Shown: positions 45,878 to 57,400 of the stretch, piece by piece
How positions within the stretch are numbered: the first letter of the stretch is position 1
Layout of the letters: each line of letters opens with the position of its first letter
Sequence record: DRR723986_4789
Length of the DNA stretch: 64,000 nt
Reading direction: 5' to 3' (one strand)
Made by a program: the position numbers and the translations under genes
Notes under the pieces: generated by a model
Databases searched by the model: none
Told to the model about the DNA's origin: nothing
What the model saw: the letters and a program-made list of their open reading frames with translations, nothing else

Positions 45878-47196
45878 AACGGCACTCCGAGCGCACGTGC
45901 CCTGGCGAGCCTGGGAGGAGGATCGACATAGGCTCCGAAGGCGTTCAAGTCTCTATTGGCAATCTTTTCGGCAATGTTTTTTGCCGCGACTGCGACACCT
46001 TCCGAATTGTGAATCGCCCCCCGTACCTGCGTTGAAGCTGCCAGCGCTTGAACGTAAGTGAGAAGAAGGTCCCTATCCGGCTGCGCCGGATTATTCCAGA
46101 AACTCGCCAGATCACCCTGGTGGGTCAGGCCGGCAATATCGTAGTGGGCCGGCACCAGCGTCTTTACCGGCACGCCAGCTTGCAAGGCTTCCAGCCCAGC
46201 AGTGGAATTCAGCGTCACAACCCCGAGCGCCTTTTCGAACGGCTTCGCAAGGCCGCCGCCATCGAGAAAATGCACCCTGTGCTGCAAGCCGAAGCGGTCT
46301 GCAAGTTGATCTGCAACACCCGGCCAGTCTTCGAAGCCGACATCGAGAGGGTGGCTCTTCAGGACCAGGTGAACGTCGTCATCTGCCGCTTCTGCCAAGG
46401 AACGGAAAACGACCTCCAGAACCTCTTTAAAACTGCGGAATGGAGAATGTCTGCGCAACTGGAAATCTCCCTCCAGCTGCAATGGCAGCACGTAATAGCG
46501 AACCGCCTTACCCTGCAATTCCGCAAGCTGGCGTTCTGCTGCCCTGTTCCTCCGCTTTTCCCTCAACAGCCTGACTGCTCCGCGCAGATATTCAGCGACC
46601 GGGGAATAGATCGTGTGCCGCTGATAGGTAGGATAGAGCGGCTTCAGGAAGACATTCGTCAGGTTATAAACCACGTCAGGCGCTGTCTGGAGCCAGAAGC
46701 TGGAGGGATAACGCGGGGTGAGATCCACCGGCCCCGCAGTCTCGGCTATCCGCCTTATCGCAGCCGGGTCGGAAGGAAAGTGACTGAGAGTGGACAAACC
46801 GGTTCGCTCCAACGTCATCCAGCCGGGCCGCAACGCCCCGAGTTCTGTCACGGCAACATAAACGCCTAGCCGGACTGCCTTTTCGATTGCAAGGCGATGG
46901 TAAAGGCGCTGATCCCCATGAAGAACGAGATCTGTAATCTCGTGTTTGCGCAGATAGTCTTCTATGTAGGCCGGCCATTCGGATGGCAGCCCCTTGAAAC
47001 TGACACAACCCTTTCCGTGCCAATGTAGCCAGTCACCAGCGCAAAAATTGATCCGGTGAACATCAAACCCGAGGGCTTTGAGGCAATCACCCGTTTGCTT
47101 GTAGAGCGGAGATAACGGTCCCTGCAGAAATAAGACCCGTCTTACGACGTTTGGGCGAGTTTCCGTTGCCACAGACGGCTCAACCGCGCCAGACAT
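45874..47196 (-). CDS. KpsS/LipB/RkpJ-like capsule protein (paralog 2)
   Basis: LFLQGP, ELGALRP.W.TLE..G, PLQLEGDFQ, KSHPLD, TLNSTAG. Confidence 0.9.
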   Translation of the reverse strand: MSGAVEPSVATETRPNVVRRVLFLQGPLSPLYKQTGDCLKALGFDVHRINFCAGDWLHWHGKGCVSFKGLPSEWPAYIEDYLRKHEITDLVLHGDQRLYHRLAIEKAVRLGVYVAVTELGALRPGWMTLERTGLSTLSHFPSDPAAIRRIAETAGPVDLTPRYPSSFWLQTAPDVVYNLTNVFLKPLYPTYQRHTIYSPVAEYLRGAVRLLREKRRNRAAERQLAELQGKAVRYYVLPLQLEGDFQLRRHSPFRSFKEVLEVVFRSLAEAADDDVHLVLKSHPLDVGFEDWPGVADQLADRFGLQHRVHFLDGGGLAKPFEKALGVVTLNSTAGLEALQAGVPVKTLVPAHYDIAGLTHQGDLASFWNNPAQPDRDLLLTYVQALAASTQVRGAIHNSEGVAVAAKNIAEKIANRDLNAFGAYVDPPPRLARARALGVPL

Positions 47197-48529
47197 GTGT
47201 CCACCGTTCGGTTTTGCCACGCTGTTCCAGTTGTTCGGAGAAGGTCGTCGCGATCCCTCTCGCCTGCGCCTTTTGCAAACGAGGCGGAATTTCACAGAAG
47301 GCTTGCGGCAAATTAACCGTGTCCGCAATCATCCGTTCCGCCATCATGTCGGCAGCGGCCTCTCTGCCTTCCTTGGTGTAGAAACATCCCTTGACCTGAA
47401 TGGACGCTGCAAGCAGCCGCTCAAGCGCATCCAGCAGATCCTGATCGGGCATCGTCGGGTTCCGCCAGAAATCATCAAGAGGGTTCTGGCAGGTCAGACC
47501 CGCGATATCATAAAGTGCGATGCCAAGAACCTTCGTGGGGCAATTCGCCCTGAGGGCATGCAGACCGGTGGTGCTGTTTATCGTCAATGAGCCTGCTGCG
47601 TGTTCCAAAAGCCGGTTCAGGTTGCCACCATCCACCAGAACCACACGTTTTTTGACCCGATATTTCTTGGCGAGCGTCCGCAGGATTCGCCCCCAAGGCT
47701 CCATGCCATTGTCCAGAGGGTGGACCTTGAAGACAAGGCGCGCCGCGGCAGGTGCGTTTTCTGCAAACGACTTGATGACCTCCTCCGCAGCATCCGCAAT
47801 ATGGTCGTACTGGGAGTTATAGCGCAGCTGATAGTCGCTCTGAAGCTGAAGGGGAAAGACGTAGTATGGCAGGCCAGTCGCAATAATGTCGTCAATCACG
47901 TGGTGGGCGTGCCTGTTGCGGCTTTTGGCGAGCGAGAATCGCGGAATATTGCTCAGGTAGTCGATCAGCGGATGATAAAGCTTGTCACGGACATACCTGG
48001 GATATGACAACGCGAAGATCACGTTGGACATATTGTAGGTTACCTCGTTCACCGCTTCGTTGATGAACGGGTACTTGTAGAGTGCCTGCCGGTCGATATC
48101 CGGAAGGCTGCTGCCTACTTTCATGATGAGTTCCGGATCATCCGGAAACCGGGAGTGCGCGGACATTCCGCAATGCTCGAGCGTTATCCAGTCCGGACGC
48201 AGATAGCCATTCTCAAAGGTCAGACACGTTATGCCGAGTTCCGCCCCCACTTCCGCCGCTGCGACATGATAAGGCACACGATCCGCGTAATAGACGATGT
48301 GGGTAATCTTCTGGTCGAGACAGTAGGCTCGAAGCCAGTTTGGCCAGTTTCGCAAGGAACCGCGATAGGATGTACATCTGCGGTCGTGCCAACCGATCCA
48401 GTCGCCGGCACACAGGTTCACACGGCGTGTGGACGCCCCTGCTTTTTCAAGGCTGTCGGCAATGGTTCGCGCAAAAACGCCAGGCGGCCCTTGCAGAAAC
48501 AGCACCACCATTGAACTGACTGAAACCAT
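47180..48529 (-). CDS. KpsS/LipB/RkpJ-like capsule protein (paralog 1; start uncertain, 48511-48541)
   Basis: LFLQGP, ENGYLRPDWITLE..G, PLQLQSDYQ, KVHPLD, TINSTTG. Confidence 0.9.
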   Translation of the reverse strand: MVSVSSMVVLFLQGPPGVFARTIADSLEKAGASTRRVNLCAGDWIGWHDRRCTSYRGSLRNWPNWLRAYCLDQKITHIVYYADRVPYHVAAAEVGAELGITCLTFENGYLRPDWITLEHCGMSAHSRFPDDPELIMKVGSSLPDIDRQALYKYPFINEAVNEVTYNMSNVIFALSYPRYVRDKLYHPLIDYLSNIPRFSLAKSRNRHAHHVIDDIIATGLPYYVFPLQLQSDYQLRYNSQYDHIADAAEEVIKSFAENAPAAARLVFKVHPLDNGMEPWGRILRTLAKKYRVKKRVVLVDGGNLNRLLEHAAGSLTINSTTGLHALRANCPTKVLGIALYDIAGLTCQNPLDDFWRNPTMPDQDLLDALERLLAASIQVKGCFYTKEGREAAADMMAERMIADTVNLPQAFCEIPPRLQKAQARGIATTFSEQLEQRGKTERWTHVWRG

Positions 48530-48602
48530 GCAATCTGCCAACCTACCGGCTTTAACGGCCCACCATGTTTATCTGAGCCGTTAAATCTTCGTACGGCAAC
48601 TG

Positions 48603-49730
48603 TTAATCCGTGATGTTACTTACCACAGAGTAGTTGCTGATGAGCGGAGCGATGATTTGCAGGAATTTGCCAAGCTCAGCAGTCGGATGGTTCGAAACGA
48701 ACAGGATATCCTTGTCCCGCATTTCGAATTTCTGCGACATGAAGAAACCCTTCGGATCGCGAAGGCTCAGTTTGTAGACAAGAGGAACGCTCTGACCCGT
48801 CAGCTTGTCCGCAAGAAGAGGCTTGAGCTTTCGTACAAGCGCAGCATCTTCGAAGCGAAACAGGAACACACCGTTTGCGTCCGCGCGATCATCCCGCAAA
48901 CCACCCACCGTCGCCAGGGCCTCGGCCATCGTGACGGTTTTCGTCTTGAACGGAACGAGCTGGTTGGCCTTGAGGGCACCGAAAGCAGAGAAAGTACGCG
49001 GGCGATGCGACAGAAGAATGTTGTCGTTCGGCGCGATCAGAACGTTGTTTTCCGGATAGTCGATCAGATCTTCCAGACGCGTGGTACCGGCGCGGTTGCC
49101 GCGCTTCAGCGTAACTACGGTCTCATAGGTCGCGTCGCGCGCGCCACCTGCCTGCGCAACGAGGTCGAGCAGGCGAGTATTTCGCAGCGGTAGCGGATAA
49201 ACGCCGGGTTTGGCGACATCGCCGACGACAACCGCGGTTGAGCTCAGTTTGTCTCTGAGGGAAATCAGAACCTGCGGCTCAACGGCCTTGCCAACGAGTT
49301 TCTGCTGCACCGACTGGCGCAAGCCCTCAATGCTGAGGCCTGCTGCCCGTATACGCCCAGCGTACGGCACGAAGATATAGCCGCTCTCGTCAACAACGGA
49401 CGGAATGTTGCTCGACCCGCCACCGCCACTGCTGAACAGGCCGTCCGGCGACGCTTCCCAGATAGTGACATTCAGCGTGTCGCCAACGCCGAGGAGCGTT
49501 GAAGACCCGCCACTTCCAACTCCGTGGAACTGGTTGGCGAAAGCGAGTGGGCGGTAATTCTTGATGGTGTCAATGTTGGACGGCTCGACAACGACGACGG
49601 TGTAATCACCCGTCTGCGCACTATTTTCGACATCTTGCGACGAAATATTTATCGCAGCCGGGCCCTCGCCCGGCAGGGCGGAGCACCCAAACAGAACTCC
49701 GGCAGCCGCCAATACTGACAAAAAACGCAT
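48603..49730 (-). CDS. Outer-membrane polysaccharide export lipoprotein (Wza/BexD/RkpU-like)
   Basis: LFGC lipobox; GVGDTLNVTIWE, VPYAGRI, SLBB repeats, MRDKDILFVSN. Confidence 0.92.
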   Translation of the reverse strand: MRFLSVLAAAGVLFGCSALPGEGPAAINISSQDVENSAQTGDYTVVVVEPSNIDTIKNYRPLAFANQFHGVGSGGSSTLLGVGDTLNVTIWEASPDGLFSSGGGGSSNIPSVVDESGYIFVPYAGRIRAAGLSIEGLRQSVQQKLVGKAVEPQVLISLRDKLSSTAVVVGDVAKPGVYPLPLRNTRLLDLVAQAGGARDATYETVVTLKRGNRAGTTRLEDLIDYPENNVLIAPNDNILLSHRPRTFSAFGALKANQLVPFKTKTVTMAEALATVGGLRDDRADANGVFLFRFEDAALVRKLKPLLADKLTGQSVPLVYKLSLRDPKGFFMSQKFEMRDKDILFVSNHPTAELGKFLQIIAPLISNYSVVSNITD

Positions 49731-49967
49731 TAGTACCCAATCCACCCAAATTGCTGCCAAGTCTGGTAACACCCTCTTGCAAGGTTGTCCAAGACGCATC
49801 GCAGCTTTCCCCGGGAGAAACCTCCCAGCTGTGACTTTGCTGTAACACTACACCGTCTTTTCCTAGTGAATTGATAAATTTCCAATTTATCGTCTTCTGT
49901 TCGGCATGTGAGCGTCGATAATCGAATTCAGCGTCAGAGCTTCCAACATCTGTCTTCGGGGTATCTT

Positions 49968-51152
49968 ATGACCGCCAGCAACCGGCATAACGACACTAAA
50001 AACATTAAAATTCTCTCGTCAGAATTAACAATCTGGCTGCGGGATTCGGCCTTGCCGCTCTGGTCAACTGCCGGTATCGACCCGCAAACAAAAACCAGTC
50101 TTGACGGTATCGACCTCAAAACTGGTGCCGGCCTTCCGGTCACGCGGCGCGCGCGGGTCGTGAGCAGGCAGATCTATTCCTTTCTGGAAGGCAAGAAGCT
50201 TGGGTGGACGGGACCAGCCGAGGAATTAGCGGCCGAACTTTATTGCTGGTACACGAGCACTTTCCTGATGCCGGACGGATACTACGCCTCTTGTGTTGAC
50301 ATGAATAACACCGTCACAGACACGAGTTTCGACCTCTACAATCAGTCTTTTTCCCTCTTTGGCTTCGCCAAGCTGGCAGCGGATCTTCCCGCCTGTAAAA
50401 CCAGCGCAAGCGAACACGCCGACAAGCTGCTGGACCATCTGATGACGGCCTATCGTCATCCGGATGCAGGATTTCAAGAAGCCTCTCCCGCGAAGGCACC
50501 GCTTTGCTCCAATCCGCACATGCACATGTTCGAAGCGTGCCTCGCATGGGAAAAAGTCTCTTCGGATTCTGCCTGGGCGGACCTTGCCGATGAAATCGCC
50601 GAACTTGCCCTGACGCGATTCATCGACCCGGTTTCAGGCGGGCTTCGAGAATTCTTCAACAGCGACTGGACCCCGTTTGATGGTGACAAGGGCCGTGTCA
50701 TGGAGCCCGGTCACCAGTTCGAATGGGCGTGGCTCCTGACAAGATGGGGGCAATCGAGAATGGATGCGGGCGCCCTGATTGCTGCTCGGCGTCTCTACGA
50801 CATTGCATGGACCTACGGCATAGACGAAAGCCGCGGTGTTGCCTTCATGGCCTTGAACGACGATTTTTCCGTCCGAGCCCCTATGGCACGCCTGTGGGGA
50901 CAGACGGAATGGATCAAGGCCGCCGTCGCTCTGGCAGAAGTTTCAACAGGCGCGGAAAGGGATGCCTACCTGGCGGATATTCCGGAAGCCGTCCAGGCAC
51001 TGAAAGTCTATTTTGCAGATGTCCCCGCCGGCTTGTGGCGAGACAAGCTCTCTCCAGACGGAACCTTTGTCGATGAACCCGCACCGGCAAGTTCGCTCTA
51101 TCACATCGTTTGCGCCATCTCGGAACTTCACGATTTCGCAGAATCGCTTTGA
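49968..51152 (+). CDS. AGE-family epimerase/isomerase (type III mannose-6-phosphate isomerase-like)
   Basis: RARV..RQ, NPHMHMFEA, EPGHQFEWAWLL, RLWGQTE, SSLYH. Confidence 0.9.
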   Translation: MTASNRHNDTKNIKILSSELTIWLRDSALPLWSTAGIDPQTKTSLDGIDLKTGAGLPVTRRARVVSRQIYSFLEGKKLGWTGPAEELAAELYCWYTSTFLMPDGYYASCVDMNNTVTDTSFDLYNQSFSLFGFAKLAADLPACKTSASEHADKLLDHLMTAYRHPDAGFQEASPAKAPLCSNPHMHMFEACLAWEKVSSDSAWADLADEIAELALTRFIDPVSGGLREFFNSDWTPFDGDKGRVMEPGHQFEWAWLLTRWGQSRMDAGALIAARRLYDIAWTYGIDESRGVAFMALNDDFSVRAPMARLWGQTEWIKAAVALAEVSTGAERDAYLADIPEAVQALKVYFADVPAGLWRDKLSPDGTFVDEPAPASSLYHIVCAISELHDFAESL

Positions 51153-51288
51153 CCGGGTCGTCGGCGTCAAAAAGGCATGCATGGCGAAACCAGAGCAGTA
51201 AAAGACGCATTCGGCCTTTTTCATTTCGATACAGAGCTCTATAGCTTGTCGCCGGTTTAAGAAGACGTGCGACCAATGAGGAGGCCGA

Positions 51289-52200
51289 ATGCCCAAGGCT
51301 CAGATCATCAATGGCAAGGCTATCGCGGAAAGTGTCAGGCAAGAAATCACCAACCGGGCAGCCAAGCTGCTGGAAACCAGCGGCAAACGCCCCGGTCTGG
51401 CGGTCGTCCTGGTGGGTGAGGATCCTGCCAGCCAGGTCTACGTACGCAACAAGGACAGGGCCGCCGAAGCCTGCGGTTTTCACTCTGTGAAACACACGCT
51501 CGCTGCTGACACCAGCGAGGACGCTGTGCTGACACTTGTCGACCAGCTCAACAACGACCCAGATATTCACGGAATTCTGGTGCAGCTGCCTTTGCCTGGA
51601 CATATCGACGAGAGCAAGGTGCTGCGCCTCATCCGCCCGGAAAAGGACGTCGACGGTTTCCATCCTGTCAATGTTGGACTGCTGACTGCCGGAGAACGGG
51701 ACAGTGCGCTGGTGCCCTGCACGCCTGCCGGTAGCCTGGTACTGTTGAAGCGCACACTCGGCGACACGCTTTCGGGTCTCAACGCAGTCGTGGTGGGCCG
51801 GTCCAACATCGTCGGCAAACCCATGGCGAGCCTTCTGCTTCAGGAAAGCTGCACTGTCACGATCGCTCACAGCCGCACCAGAGACCTGCCGGACGTCGTG
51901 CGTTCCGCAGACATCGTCGTCGCGGCGGTCGGTCGGCCGGAGATGATCAAGGGCGATTGGATCAAACCGGGCGCAACCGTTATCGATGTCGGCATCAACC
52001 GAATCCCGGCTCCGGACCTGGGTGAAGGCAAGGCTCGCCTGGTTGGCGATGTGAACTTTGCAGAAGCAGCAGAGGTTGCAGGTGCCATAACACCGGTTCC
52101 CGGCGGCGTTGGTCCAATGACGATTGCCATGCTGATGGTCAACACCTTGACGGCTGCTCGCCGTCTGCTTGACCTCCCGGAGGAAAAAGCGCTTTTTTGA
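51289..52200 (+). CDS. folD: Methylenetetrahydrofolate dehydrogenase/cyclohydrolase
   Basis: [50 protein letters not shown]. Confidence 0.98.
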   Translation: MPKAQIINGKAIAESVRQEITNRAAKLLETSGKRPGLAVVLVGEDPASQVYVRNKDRAAEACGFHSVKHTLAADTSEDAVLTLVDQLNNDPDIHGILVQLPLPGHIDESKVLRLIRPEKDVDGFHPVNVGLLTAGERDSALVPCTPAGSLVLLKRTLGDTLSGLNAVVVGRSNIVGKPMASLLLQESCTVTIAHSRTRDLPDVVRSADIVVAAVGRPEMIKGDWIKPGATVIDVGINRIPAPDLGEGKARLVGDVNFAEAAEVAGAITPVPGGVGPMTIAMLMVNTLTAARRLLDLPEEKALF

Positions 52201-52440
52201 GTAATAACCGGCCGGCACGAAAGCGCGTGCAAGAATATTTTCGCGCGTTCTTGCGGCACATTCACTAAAGTCTTGTGCCACCTTCTCTCTTGAACTCGTT
52301 CCGGCGCCATGGTCTATCGTGTTTGTATTCGCTTAACCATGGCCCTTTAAGGTGCGTAATGTAGGGGCTGCAAACGCAGATGGTTGAATTGCGCTGTTAT
52401 CAGAGGCAATTCGGCTGACCAATTAAACAGGCGGCAGTGA

Positions 52441-54423
52441 GTGAAGGGTCTACCGTCTTGCAAGTCCGGCACGTTCGCCGGCAGGCGTTTCAACGCATTT
52501 TCCTCATTGGCAGCCTGGTTGGCTGGCGGTGTTTCTTTTGTTGCCTTGCGCCCGGCTGGTGCTGGGTTGGCCTGTGCCCTTCTTCTTGCTGCTCCCCTTC
52601 CCGCAAATTCCTTTGAAATATTCGGCTGGAAGTTTTTCGAATCGGCGGAAGACGAAGCCAACGCCGTTCCCGATCCCCTGCCCTACGAGGCAAACCTGAC
52701 AATCTCCAATGGTGCGGATGAACTCACCAAGGAATTGAAAGACGCCTCGCTGCTGGTACAGCAACAGGAAAAGCCTCCCTCCGGCGAGGCAGGCCTGCTC
52801 GCACGCTCTCTTTCTGATCGCGAACGGCTGATCGCCCAGCTTTATGCCGATGGCCGCTACGGTGGAACTGTCGATATCACGCTTGCGGGCATTCCGCTTG
52901 AAACCGCTCTTGAACAAAGTGATTTGCCTGATGCTCGGCCGGTGAAAGTTGAGATCCTGGTCAATCCGGGGCCGGTCTTCACCTTCAGCAATATCGACGT
53001 TTCGTCCCAGGACGGCGATCTGTCCACCGACCCGTCCTTCTGGGGCCTCGCGAAAGGCGAGGTCGCTGCTTCCGGCAAGATCCTGACGGCGGAAAAGCGC
53101 ATGATCGCGGTTCTGCGAGATCGCGGGTATCCGAAGGCACGGATCGCGGAACGCCGGATAACGGCGGACCATAGCACCAACACCCTCGCCGTGGCGCTGA
53201 TCGCCGATGCCGGCCATCAGGCACGTTTCGGCCCGGTCTCGGTCAAAGGTACGGAAGTCACCGACCCGGATTTCGTCGTCCAGCAGGCGATGCTTCCGGT
53301 CGGAGGCGTCTATTCGCCTGAAGACCTGGCCCGTGCACGCAAACGGCTCAACGAACTCGGCATCTTCTCGTCCATCCGGCTCGTGGAAGGTGAAATCGAA
53401 GGGCCAGACGGCACCATGCCGGTCACCATCGAGGTGAGCGAGCGCAAGCGCCACGTGATCGGTGCCGGTGCTTCCTGGTCCAGTACCGAGGGCTTTGGTG
53501 TCGAATCCTATTGGCGCAGAAGAAACCTGTTCGGCCGGGGCGAATTGCTCTCTGTTGAAGGATCCGTTGGCAGGATCGGCAACGAGAGCGTTCTCGACAT
53601 GGAGTACTCGGCGCGGATCGCCTTTGAAAAGCCAGGCGTTTTCGGCCCGCTTACCAGCTTTTCGACCAGCCTGCAGGCTCGCCAGGAACATCCCGATGCC
53701 TACAAGAGCCGGTCGATTACCTATGACGCCTATCTCAACAGGGAGTTTTCCGAGCAGCTGAAAGGCCGCGCGGGCGCGGAGGTCTTTTACGCCAAGGAAG
53801 AAGACGCCTTCGGCGAAGGCGACTACCTGCTGGTTGGACTGCCGGCGGACCTGACCTTCGACAACCGTGATGACAAGCTCAATCCGTCCAAGGGAATTTT
53901 CGCAGCCCTGTTTGCAGAGCCCGCTTACGATACCCTGAACAGCAACGCGATGGGTTTCATCAAAGGCACTGTTTCCAGTTACTACGCGCTCGATCAGGCC
54001 AAGCGTTTCATTCTTGCGGGCCGCGTCTCCACAGGGTCGATCCTGGCGCCGTCCGTGGAATCGGTTCCCGCCAGCCGGCGGTTCATCGCCGGTGGTGGCG
54101 GGTCCATCCGCGGCTATGCCTATCGCAACGTCGGTCCACGCAAGGATGGTGAAGTTACCGGTGGACGCTCAATTATCGAGCTTTCCGGTGAAGTTCGCGT
54201 CATGGTAACCGAAACCATTGGAATCGTTGGATTTGTTGATGCAGGTAATGCATACGAAGATAGCATTCCCGATTTTTCCGAGAGCCTGAAGGTGGGCGTT
54301 GGCGCTGGTCTGCGCTACTTTACTCCAATAGGCCCGCTTCGAGTCGATGCTGCGGTGCCGCTGGATCCGGGACAGGATGACCCGGACTTCGCCCTTTATG
54401 TAGGTTTGAGCCAGGCGTTCTAA
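52441..54423 (+). CDS. tamA: Autotransporter assembly outer-membrane protein TamA (start uncertain)
   Basis: POTRA repeats, RNLFG.GE, GGGGSIRGY, GLRYFTPIGPLRVD, terminal QAF. Confidence 0.93.
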   Translation: MKGLPSCKSGTFAGRRFNAFSSLAAWLAGGVSFVALRPAGAGLACALLLAAPLPANSFEIFGWKFFESAEDEANAVPDPLPYEANLTISNGADELTKELKDASLLVQQQEKPPSGEAGLLARSLSDRERLIAQLYADGRYGGTVDITLAGIPLETALEQSDLPDARPVKVEILVNPGPVFTFSNIDVSSQDGDLSTDPSFWGLAKGEVAASGKILTAEKRMIAVLRDRGYPKARIAERRITADHSTNTLAVALIADAGHQARFGPVSVKGTEVTDPDFVVQQAMLPVGGVYSPEDLARARKRLNELGIFSSIRLVEGEIEGPDGTMPVTIEVSERKRHVIGAGASWSSTEGFGVESYWRRRNLFGRGELLSVEGSVGRIGNESVLDMEYSARIAFEKPGVFGPLTSFSTSLQARQEHPDAYKSRSITYDAYLNREFSEQLKGRAGAEVFYAKEEDAFGEGDYLLVGLPADLTFDNRDDKLNPSKGIFAALFAEPAYDTLNSNAMGFIKGTVSSYYALDQAKRFILAGRVSTGSILAPSVESVPASRRFIAGGGGSIRGYAYRNVGPRKDGEVTGGRSIIELSGEVRVMVTETIGIVGFVDAGNAYEDSIPDFSESLKVGVGAGLRYFTPIGPLRVDAAVPLDPGQDDPDFALYVGLSQAF

Positions 54424-54428
54424 CGCAG

Positions 54429-57400
54429 ATGCGTTTTCTGAAACTTTCCTTGCGAATCTTCGGATTCCTGATCGCGGTTGCGATTGCTGTTCCTGTCCTC
54501 GCCCTTTGTGCCCTGCAAGTGCCGGCGGGCCGCACCTTTGTGTCCAGCGTCGTCAGCACTCTTGCCTCGTCCGACAATCAGACCATCACGATCGAAGATT
54601 TGTACATCAGCTTTGGGCTGAAGGCTGAAGTCGGCAAGGTCTCCCTGGCCGACAAGGAAGGAACCTGGCTGAACGTCGAGAACATTGCCGCCGACTGGCA
54701 TCCCATGCGGCTCCTTGCCGGCAATCTCGATATTTCTTCTCTCACCGCATCCCGGATAGATCTGGAAAGAACACCTGTCCAGCCACCGGCTGAAGAGGTT
54801 GCCGCGACAGAGGAGAGCAGCTCATCGGGCGGTGTCTCGCTGCCATTTAACGTCACTCTCGAACGTCTGGGCCTTGACGAAATCAACCTCGGTGCTCCCC
54901 TGCTGGGTGTACCTGTCTCCCTGACGGCCGCAGGATCAGGCTCTTTCGCGCTCGACCCGGCGCTTGTAACTGCCGATCTCGACCTGCACCGGATCGACGG
55001 CATAGAAGCCGGTCTTGTGGCCAAGGCACAGTTTGAACCCGCCGCCGAAACGCTTGCCTTCGATATTGAAGTGTCCGAACCGCGCGGGGGCCTTGCCGCA
55101 CGGCTTCTTGAAGTTCCCGACCTGCCCGCGCTGGATCTGTCTCTCAAAGGTGATGGTCCCCTGACCGACTGGGCAGCCAACCTGAGTGTGGCTCTCGATG
55201 GCAGGACCACCGTCACCGGTTCGGCAAAAATCGAGGAAAATGCATCCGAACGGCATCTGGCCTTCGATCTGGACGGCGATCTCGCGCCGCTTGCACCTCC
55301 CGCGGCACAAGCCTTTCTGCTCGGAACGACAAATGCCAAAGGAGCTGCCAGGTTCTCTACGGAGTTCGCCCCTCTTTCGGCCAACCTGACCTTGAAAACA
55401 CAAACACTTTCTCTGGAAGCAAAGGCCGATCTTGAGAACGATGCCGTCAACGCCACGGCGGATCTTGCCGTAAGTGCCGGGAATGACGCGCTGATTGCGC
55501 TCGACCTTGGCGAGAGGCGCATTGCCTTTGGTCCGTTGACCGGAACGGTACGCGTTTCCGGACAACGCTCCTCGGTCGACTGGCAAACCAAGATTGACCT
55601 GAAGTCACTGCAGACAACGGAAGCCAGGACTGGAGCCATCACGCTGTCGTCCTTCGGAAATGGAGCAGATCTCTCCGAAGGAACGCTGACGTCACCCTTC
55701 TCGTTGTCGCTCGCCATTGACAGGCTGGAAGGCATTACCCCGCAAACAGAGCCTTTGACCGGTTCGCTTGAATTGAAGGCTACGGGCGCCGTGAACGGCT
55801 CAACCCAATCGGCCGAGATCAAGGATCTGACCCTTTCAACCGCTGTCGCCTCGCTTGCTCTGTCGGACACGAACCTGTCAGCCGACGCTGTCAACGGATC
55901 GGGCAGGCTTTCGCTCGCCGACCTTTCCCGTCTGTCGGGCCTGGCAGGCCGCGATCTGGCCGGTGCTTTGAACGGAACATTTTCGCTGGATCTTGATCCA
56001 AGCCAACTGTCGGGCACGATCACCAGCGCTCTCGTCACCAGGGATGTCGGGACGGCAGTTCCTCAGGCCGACGCGCTTCTTGAAGGTGAAACACGCATCG
56101 ACGTGTCTGTCGATCTTCAAGGAGTGGACGATATTTCCGTCACCAGTCTCGCGGTTACGAACAAGGCGCTGGATGCGAAAGGGAATGCCCGTTACCGGCA
56201 GAACGAACTCAGTTCCAGCCTGACGACCAGCCTTACCGATCTCGCAAAGGTCGATCCGCAACTTGCCGGCTCGCTGGAACTCGAAGCGAGCACGGAAGGT
56301 CCGATCGACGCGCTTGAAGTGCAGGCGGTTGCCTCTTCAAAGCAGATCATGCTTGCAGGCACACCACTGGATGACTTGAAACTTTCTGCAGAGGCAACGG
56401 CCAATCCCGCCGCGCCTACAGCCAAGATTACCAGCAGCGCCAGCCTGAACGGCCAACCCATTGCCGTTGATGTCGAGCTTACCAGCAAGGACGGTGGGGC
56501 AAGTGTCAGCCCGCTTTCCGTCAAACTGGCGGGCAACACCGTGACCGGTGAACTTTCTCTGACAGATCTCGACAAGCCTGTTGAAACGCTCAAGGGCACG
56601 TTGAACATCGATGCTCCGGACCTTGCCTCGCTCTCTCCTCTCCTTCTGACGGAAATCGCCGGACGTATTCAAGGCACCGTGACAGCCAATCCGGAAACGC
56701 GGCAACTCGCACTTGACGTTACCGGAAGCGATATCAGCGTGCCCGCAGTCAGTCTCGGCAGCGTGAAGCTTAAGGCCAATCTTACTGCCCCATACGAGCC
56801 AGAGACCGTTACTGCGGACATTCAGCTTTCAGACATCCTGACAGATGCGACCCCGGTTCATGCGGTGAGCCTTCAGGCCCAGCCTCAAAATGGCGGCACC
56901 GCAATCACGGCGGACGTCAAGCTGGACAAGAACGGCAAGGATGGCGTGACGCTTGCAGCGCAGGTGAACGAACCGGAAGCTGGCTCCTACGTCGTCGCCC
57001 TGTCCGAGCTTGCCATGCGATATCAGGGTATCGCCAGCCAGTTGAAGCAGCCGACAACCATTTCCTATGCGGCCGGTGAAGCGACGATCGAACCACTGGA
57101 GCTTCAGCTTGGCAATGGCTCGCTTGCGGTGTCCGGCAAGGCCGGCGAGACGCTTGACCTGAACGCCAACCTGACATCCATTCCGCTCAATCTTGCCAAC
57201 GCCTTTGTCCCCTCGCTTGGTCTCGGTGGTGCTCTTTCCGGGAAAGTGTCTGCCACAGGTAGCTCATCGGCTCCCGAAGCGACCTGGTCGATCTCCGGAA
57301 CAGGTCTGACGGCTAACGAATTGCGAAACAACGGTCTGGCCGCGCTCAGTCTGTCGACCTCAGGTACATTGAAGGACAACCGGATCGACCAGACGACCAA

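Noticed and set aside
51153-51288. ZTP (pfl) riboswitch upstream of folD
   Set aside because: GGTCG and TGGCGAA fragments are present but the P2 and CGCCTGGG pseudoknot elements are absent.
52333-52350. CtrA full site upstream of tamA
   Set aside because: The TTAA-TTAA spacing is 10 bp, not 7; only a TTAACCAT half-site, too weak to call.
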